Notes under the pieces: model-generated
Database searches by the model: none
Told to the model about the DNA's origin: nothing
The model's input: only the letters and a program-made list of their open reading frames with translations
Assembly (NCBI GenBank): GCA_934102215.1
Contig: CAKOSH010000003.1
Coordinates: 59,187-123,186 of the forward strand
Reading direction: 5' to 3'
Length of the DNA stretch: 64,000 bases
DNA from: an uncultured Bacilli bacterium
Lineage (GTDB): Bacteria > Bacillota_I > Bacilli_A > RF39 > UBA660
Part shown: positions 58,912 through 64,000 of the stretch, piece by piece
Numbering within the stretch: the first letter of the stretch is position 1
Layout: the number at the start of each line of letters is the position of its first letter
Program-made: the position numbers and the translations under genes

Positions 58912-59761
58912 TTCTTACTATTAATCTTCTTTGCTTCATTATTTTCTAACTTTTTCTTCTCTTTTTCAAGCACTTTTAGACTTTTTTCAGGAGTAGGCAT
59001 GTCCTCCGGCATCATTCCACCAATATCTGCGATTGCTTTTCTAACTTTTTTACCAACCTCATAATGTACATTTTTTGCTTTTTCTTCACCTTGTACATTA
59101 TCTCTTAAAAGTTTCTGTTTTGTTTGATTTATTCTAAATAAATTGGCAACTAACTCATCTTCATTCATGTTATCTAAAATATCTTCACGATATCTTAACT
59201 TTTTTCTTTTAAAAATATCATCAGCAGTTTCACCATTATACAGTCCTTTATACCCTGCGTTATGAAATTCAGACATATTTTTAACACCAGCAGATAATGC
59301 AACTTTTTGAAGTGTATAGTTACCTTGCTTTGTTAGCTTTCTTTGATAAAGTCTTTTTTCATCATCAGATAAGGAATCATATTCCTGCTCAGTTATTTCT
59401 TGTTTTCTTGTTTGAATAGCAAAATATGTTTGACCCAAAGCAACAACTTGTTTACTTGGATCAGCATTTTGCACTATTAAATAACATATATATCTTGATA
59501 GCTTATAATCCTTAATAATTTCTTCTTTTCCTTTACCAGTTTTTATTGGCTTGTCGACCTCAACAGCCCAATCTTTTTCACTTGAAATACTGTTATTCGC
59601 AGATAAGATTGCTTTATCTATTACTTTTTTAAAGTTTCTCCAGTCCTTGTATTCTAATACTTTTAAAGTTCCCTGGCATACCAATATTCATTGCCATATT
59701 CATCAATGTGCTTTATATTTTCAAAAATACTATTATTATATTTATTTTCTATTTTTTCCAT
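58908..59761 (-). pseudogene. dinD: DinD-like (DNA-damage-inducible protein D family) gene with -1 frameshift in a T/A homopolymer near codon 32
   Basis: ATG 59759-59761 preceded by GGAGGGG RBS encodes MEKIENKYNNSIFENIKHIDEYGNEYWYAREL then TAA. The next frame continues ...KVLEYKDWRNFKKVIDKA... through the DinD-like C-terminus (RINQTKQKLLRDNVQGEEKAKNVHYEVGKKVRKAI). Adding one T at about 59661-59667 restores a single ORF. Confidence 0.6.
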
Positions 59762-59814
59762 AAAATCCCCTCCGTTTCTATTAAATGCAACATCACTCAC
59801 AGTTATATTTACTA

Positions 59815-60381
59815 TTAATTATTTTTTATGATTACATCTAATTTATATAGATTGTCATTATCATTAATTCGCAAAATATTTTTAGGAATCTTATTTAGTA
59901 ATTCAATTGGTAAATTATTATAATGTGGAACAATAATTTTATCATAATAATCAAATCCATTATTCATTATTAAAAGTTCTCCTGTTGTTGTATCCAGATA
60001 ATTTTTATTAAATATCATTGCTCCAGCTGATTGGCCAATTATTATACCACCATTATCTATAAATTTCTTAATAATTTCATAATTGTTAGATTCGATTATT
60101 GAGTCCATTAAATTTTTAGGTTCTCCACCACTTAAATATAATGCATCATATTCTTCGATATTTAATTTTTGTTTATTTAAATCTATTATTTTAGAATTAA
60201 TATCATTTTTAGTAAATTCCTTCCTAGCCACAACTGAATTAGTCCTATCTTCTGATATCAACTTAGCGTTTGGAATAATTGCTACATTCTTATCTTTTAA
60301 GACTTTTATAATATCTTGATAACTATTCATATAATCTTTATATCTAGTATCTACTCCATATGATGTTAAATATATATTCAT
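59815..60381 (-). CDS. Peptidase S51 (dipeptidase E-like, class I glutamine amidotransferase fold)
   Basis: YLSGGEPKNLM ... GQSAGAMIF nucleophile elbow. Confidence 0.65.
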   Translation of the reverse strand: MNIYLTSYGVDTRYKDYMNSYQDIIKVLKDKNVAIIPNAKLISEDRTNSVVARKEFTKNDINSKIIDLNKQKLNIEEYDALYLSGGEPKNLMDSIIESNNYEIIKKFIDNGGIIIGQSAGAMIFNKNYLDTTTGELLIMNNGFDYYDKIIVPHYNNLPIELLNKIPKNILRINDNDNLYKLDVIIKNN

Positions 60382-60409
60382 ATTTTTTCCTTTCTTCCCT
60401 ACTGATAAG

Positions 60410-60688
60410 TTATTTTTTTAATTTTCTTCTTTTAATAAAATATATAATAGAAACTATTATTAGTGCTAATAAACTGATTAAAAATATTATTCCAAGTATG
60501 ATAAATTTTCCTGTTCCCTCTAGTGCTGATAATCCAAATTCTTTATTATTTTCTACTACTATTAGTCCTATAGCGCTTAATATGATAATTACAATGTCTA
60601 TTATATAAAATACTTTTATTTTCTTGTTCATTTTAATAATTCCTTTTTCATTACTAATATTTTTATATTTGTTCAAATAAATATACAT
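60410..60688 (-). CDS. Small membrane protein
   Basis: 92 aa, two hydrophobic helices, C-terminal KRRKLKK. Confidence 0.35.
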   Translation of the reverse strand: MYIYLNKYKNISNEKGIIKMNKKIKVFYIIDIVIIILSAIGLIVVENNKEFGLSALEGTGKFIILGIIFLISLLALIIVSIIYFIKRRKLKK

Positions 60689-61166
60689 TTTCTGGTAAAT
60701 TTAATTTCTTATAAATTCTAGTTTTTATTAGCTTTCCTCCCATATGTTTATAAAATTCATTTGATGGATTGCCTTCTAAACATCCTATAATCATTTTATC
60801 AAAGCCCATTTCTTTTAATGTGTCTTTGCATGATTCAAATAGTTTTTTACCATAACCTTTTCCTTTATATTCACTTATGATATAAATAGCAAATAATTCA
60901 CCACAATTATTATATGTTGTGTCGTTAGGCTTACCAACGTTTGCAAAGCCTACAACTTTATTATCAACTTCGAGTACTAGTTGTTCATCTTCATTTGTAT
61001 CAAAATTTTTAAGAGAATTGTTTGCTCTTTCTTCTTCATTACTATATAAGTTATTTAAAATATCATCATTGATAATTCCTTTATATGTTTCATTCCAAGC
61101 AATTGTTATGACATGTGCTACACTCATACAATCCCTTTTTTCCATTTTTCTTATATTATAATCCAT
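60663..61166 (-). CDS. GNAT-family N-acetyltransferase
   Basis: Acetyl-CoA binding motif A region ...GKGYGKKLFE...; GAGAGGTGA RBS before ATG 61164-61166. Confidence 0.7.
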   Translation of the reverse strand: MDYNIRKMEKRDCMSVAHVITIAWNETYKGIINDDILNNLYSNEEERANNSLKNFDTNEDEQLVLEVDNKVVGFANVGKPNDTTYNNCGELFAIYIISEYKGKGYGKKLFESCKDTLKEMGFDKMIIGCLEGNPSNEFYKHMGGKLIKTRIYKKLNLPENVYLFEQI

Positions 61167-61334
61167 TTTCTTCACCTCTCTTATATTTATTTTATAGGTT
61201 CTAAATACATTATCTCTTTGCCTAATGTTTTGATAAAGTTATCTAATTCTTTATAATTAATGCTTACATATTTACTATTTAGTGATACATATTCGCATGA
61301 TTCTCTTATTTTTTCTAACGTATTTATCTTTCGT

Positions 61335-61913
61335 TTAACTTTCAAATTCCCAATTGATTGTATAATCTTTTGATGAAATTCCTGCGAATTGATTTACACT
61401 TTCTTCTATAATTATTTTTGCTCTTGTTTGTGCTGTACTTAAAAGTTGTTCATCACTTTCAGCACTCTTTTTCATTTCATTTTGAGCATCATCAAATGCT
61501 TTTGATATATCATCTCCAGTAATTGGATTTTTAATTAAGAATCCATCTTCTGATTCAATGAATTTTTCTTTCTTAAAATCACTTTCATCAACATTAGGTT
61601 CACCTATTATTTTTGCTTTAGGTATTAATACATTAATTGTATTCCCTTGAACATCTATTTTTACTTTTGATAAGTCAATCCCAAGTTTAATTGTTCCAGT
61701 GTATTCAGCAAATAATTTTCTATCTTTTTTAAATATTGAATCAGAATCTTTCGTAGTTTCTAATACATTATGGAAATATGCTTCATATGTTACTAAGTTT
61801 CCTGTAAGTTCTAATTTCTTTATGTTTTCACTTAAAGTTTCATTTTTATTATCACAAGCGGATAACATTATAATCATTGATAATATTACTATATATTTAC
61901 TTACTTTCTTCAT
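61335..61913 (-). CDS. Lipoprotein (LSAC lipobox), DUF4230-like
   Basis: Signal peptide MKKVSKYIVILSMIIMLSAC; paralogous to 61923..62549 (shared ...KVKIDxxxNxI..xxPxxxxxGEP block). Confidence 0.5.
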   Translation of the reverse strand: MKKVSKYIVILSMIIMLSACDNKNETLSENIKKLELTGNLVTYEAYFHNVLETTKDSDSIFKKDRKLFAEYTGTIKLGIDLSKVKIDVQGNTINVLIPKAKIIGEPNVDESDFKKEKFIESEDGFLIKNPITGDDISKAFDDAQNEMKKSAESDEQLLSTAQTRAKIIIEESVNQFAGISSKDYTINWEFES

Positions 61914-61922
61914 TTTACTCCT

Positions 61923-62549
61923 CTACTTTACTTCTACTTTATAACTAGAATCATATGCTTTAATCCAATTTTTATAAAATTCTTCTAAAACTATTCTTGC
62001 TTGTTCTTTAGCAGCTGGTAATAATTTGTTGTCTTCTTCGCTTCTAGTTTTAACAGTTTCCTGACATAATTTTCTTGCCGCTGGTAACTCATCAGCAGGT
62101 ACTTCACTTCCGTTTAGAAATTTTACACTTCCAATAGTTGGTTCACCTTTTAGTGTAACTTCTGGCATTTCTATCTTTAATATTTTATTGTTATTATTAA
62201 TATCAATTTTTACTTTACTAAAATCTATTCCTGCAGTAAGTGTTCCTTTACATGAAACTACATATTCAAAATTACTCATTTTATTTGAATTTAAATCACA
62301 TTTCTTTTCATTTTTACATTTTTTGCCAATCACGTTATAAGTTATATTTGCTGTTTCTAAATCACTCTTTTCTACTATTTTATCCAGTGATATTTTAGCC
62401 TTTGTTTCTATATTTCCACCATTACTATAAGTGTTAATGAGAAAAAATACTATTGCTAATATAAGGATAATTAATATTAATTGTTTAATAATACCTTTAC
62501 TTTTTGAACTCTTTTTCTTTAAATCATTTTCTTCTTTTACTTCATTCAT
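61923..62549 (-). CDS. Membrane-anchored paralog of the adjacent lipoprotein (DUF4230-like)
   Basis: N-terminal TM; GIDFSKVKIDINNNNKILKIEMPEVTLKGEP similar to the neighbour. Confidence 0.45.
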   Translation of the reverse strand: MNEVKEENDLKKKSSKSKGIIKQLILIILILAIVFFLINTYSNGGNIETKAKISLDKIVEKSDLETANITYNVIGKKCKNEKKCDLNSNKMSNFEYVVSCKGTLTAGIDFSKVKIDINNNNKILKIEMPEVTLKGEPTIGSVKFLNGSEVPADELPAARKLCQETVKTRSEEDNKLLPAAKEQARIVLEEFYKNWIKAYDSSYKVEVK

Positions 62550-62621
62550 AATTCTTTTTTACTCCTTCAATACAATGTATGTTTTTGACGCGACCAAATT
62601 GGCAACAGCTTGTTTCCAATT

Positions 62622-63071
62622 TTAAATATTATTATGTATATAATATAATGTTAATGTTTCACTATCAAATAAGAATATACTATAGTTATCAAATTTACCA
62701 TAAGTAGAGTCTCCAATAGGTGTTCCTTCTTTAGTAACTATTCTTACATAATCATTTTCAGTAATAGAATTTACATCAAAATCATATTCATTTAATCTTT
62801 CCAACGATTCCATTACATCTTTAAAATCATTAAAGTAACTTTTAATACTTTCTATATCATTTTCATTTACCTTTGTATAATTATCATCATTTTCAACAAT
62901 TATTTTATCATAAACATATTTGGCATAATCAGTATGATCTTGAATACCTTCTTTGTCATAATATTCTGTTTTAGATGTATATCCTTTTGGTATTTCTGTA
63001 TTCATAGTTCCACCACAGGCAGTTAATAATAAAATTAGTATTATTGTTATTAAAATCTTTTTCATATTCAT
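62622..63071 (-). CDS. Lipoprotein (LLTACGG lipobox)
   Basis: Signal peptide plus Cys lipobox; 149 aa. Confidence 0.5.
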   Translation of the reverse strand: MNMKKILITIILILLLTACGGTMNTEIPKGYTSKTEYYDKEGIQDHTDYAKYVYDKIIVENDDNYTKVNENDIESIKSYFNDFKDVMESLERLNEYDFDVNSITENDYVRIVTKEGTPIGDSTYGKFDNYSIFLFDSETLTLYYIHNNI

Positions 63072-63077
63072 CTCTCC

Positions 63078-63935
63078 TTAATTTATATTTATAAATACAT
63101 ATTCAGATTTGCATCCTGTCTTAATTTTAAGTTCCCAATCTGATATTCCTGATGTAACTATAAAATTAGTATTATTTATTTTTTCATAACCATAAACACT
63201 ATCATTTTCACTTACATATGTACTAAGTAATTGAAGTGGTATCATTTGTCCTCCATGAGTGTGTCCTGATACTACTAAATCAATATTACTTTTAGATTCA
63301 TTAAGATAATCAGTTGGTTGATGATTAATATCTGTCATAAATTTACTTTTATCTAAATCTTTTGTTAAATCTTCAGCACTCATTCTACTTCTATCTTCAG
63401 CATCTTTTCTACCTATAATATATATTTCATTATTAATAAGTATACTTTCATCTTTTAAAACTTTTACATTATTTTTAGTAAGTTCCGTCTCTAAATCTTG
63501 CGCAGAGTACCCTCTTTTTTCACCATAATATCCTTTATCATGATTACCATGGGCAAAATATATTCCATATTTAATATTGATTTTACCTAGTGCTTCACAT
63601 GAAGCAATCATATCTTCTTTAGTAGTACCATCATCTACAAAATCGCCTGCGATAAGTAAGATATCAGGATTTTCTTTTTCTATTTCCTTTAAATATTCAT
63701 AAAACTTTTCAGCATGGAACGTTGTTCCTATATGACTATCTGAAAGTAATGCTACTTTATATTTACTATTTAATTTATCTGATTTTATATCATATGTAGT
63801 AATGTCAACATTATAAACATTATATATTCCTTTTAATATGTAAAGCGGTACAAATGTTAGAGTTATTATACCTGCTAGATAATATTTAAAATCTTTCTTT
63901 CTTATCTTTTTAATAATCAAAAATACTAAGTCCAT
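63078..63935 (-). CDS. Calcineurin-like metallophosphoesterase with N-terminal TM
   Basis: Motifs DSHIG, GDFVDDG, GNHD, SGHTHGGQ. Confidence 0.8.
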   Translation of the reverse strand: MDLVFLIIKKIRKKDFKYYLAGIITLTFVPLYILKGIYNVYNVDITTYDIKSDKLNSKYKVALLSDSHIGTTFHAEKFYEYLKEIEKENPDILLIAGDFVDDGTTKEDMIASCEALGKINIKYGIYFAHGNHDKGYYGEKRGYSAQDLETELTKNNVKVLKDESILINNEIYIIGRKDAEDRSRMSAEDLTKDLDKSKFMTDINHQPTDYLNESKSNIDLVVSGHTHGGQMIPLQLLSTYVSENDSVYGYEKINNTNFIVTSGISDWELKIKTGCKSEYVFININ

Positions 63936-64000
63936 AAATAACCATATAAATAGATAATGAATAACTATTATCGCAGATGTTGTAAAGTTAAGTATAAGTG

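Noticed and set aside
61196-61330. Start-less 45-codon frame (…TLEKIRESCEYVSLNSKYVSINYKELDNFIKTLGKEIMYLEPIK) between the lipoprotein gene and the GNAT gene
   Set aside because: No start codon or RBS and no recognisable homology; could be a gene remnant or chance frame, insufficient evidence to call.
1-64000. Possibility of Mollicute genetic code 4 (UGA=Trp) given DUF285 repeats, CIRCE-clpB and short DnaE
   Set aside because: All large conserved genes (secA, dnaE, clpB, lon, ponA, topA) are uninterrupted under the standard code and tryptophans are encoded by TGG; code 11 applies.

Overview
The window is 64 kb of very AT-rich (roughly 25-28% GC), densely coding chromosomal DNA, with almost all genes on the minus strand and standard genetic code (long ORFs are uninterrupted and Trp is TGG). 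The gene content is that of a spore-forming low-GC Firmicute, and several traits point towards the Mollicutes/Erysipelotrichia branch. Recognised sporulation genes are spoIVA (N-terminus at 1..441), spoIVFA-spoIVFB-rplU-ysxB(prp)-rpmA in conserved order, a CotY/CotZ/ExsY-type cysteine-rich coat protein, a ysxE/CotS-like protein next to a LysM protein, and an SEDS ftsW/spoVE-type gene. The Mollicute-like traits are a short (965 aa) DnaE, a CIRCE (HrcA) operator in front of clpB, and DUF285 'mycoplasma-type' repeats. Housekeeping genes include secA, dnaE, sepF-divIVA, glyQS behind a short Gly-type T-box leader, rnhB, clpB, mraY, holA, rpsU-yqeY, rpsB-tsf, recU-ponA, nth, dnaD, cca, hup, topA, lon and rbgA.

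The most interesting content is a dispersed three-member family of secreted proteins at 3780..5420, 10456..11682 and 29669..31003. All three share a TasA/CalY(camelysin)-like N-terminal domain with a SipW-cognate-type signal region, fused either to about nine DUF285 repeats or to a shared Cys/Trp-rich C-terminal domain. All three are driven by a nearly identical promoter cassette carrying a G7-G8 homopolymer tract between a -35-like box and an extended -10 (TGCTATAAT/TGCTATACT). These are the only G/C runs of 7 or more in the window, which suggests slipped-strand phase variation. Next to the first member lie a sortase B gene carrying an in-frame TAA, a SecA lacking the C-terminal zinc finger, and a SipW-like signal-peptidase homologue with an apparently substituted active site.

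Other notable items:
- A candidate type I toxin-antitoxin-like locus at 31271..31560: a 29-aa hydrophobic peptide whose mRNA 5' and 3' ends form a roughly 24-bp GC-rich duplex.
- A decayed Dam-type methyltransferase remnant (DPPY changed to DSQY) between mraY and ftsW.
- A nitroreductase gene flanked by an imperfect 57-bp duplication of the ftsW 3' end.
- 33-bp tandem repeats upstream of an AAA/DUF4143 ATPase.
- A dinD-like gene with a homopolymer frameshift.
- A six-gene block of unknown function between topA and rpmA that includes a complete tandem gene duplication.
- A trio of type IV pilin-like genes with no assembly genes nearby.

No rRNA or tRNA genes, CRISPR arrays, transposases or integrases were recognised.
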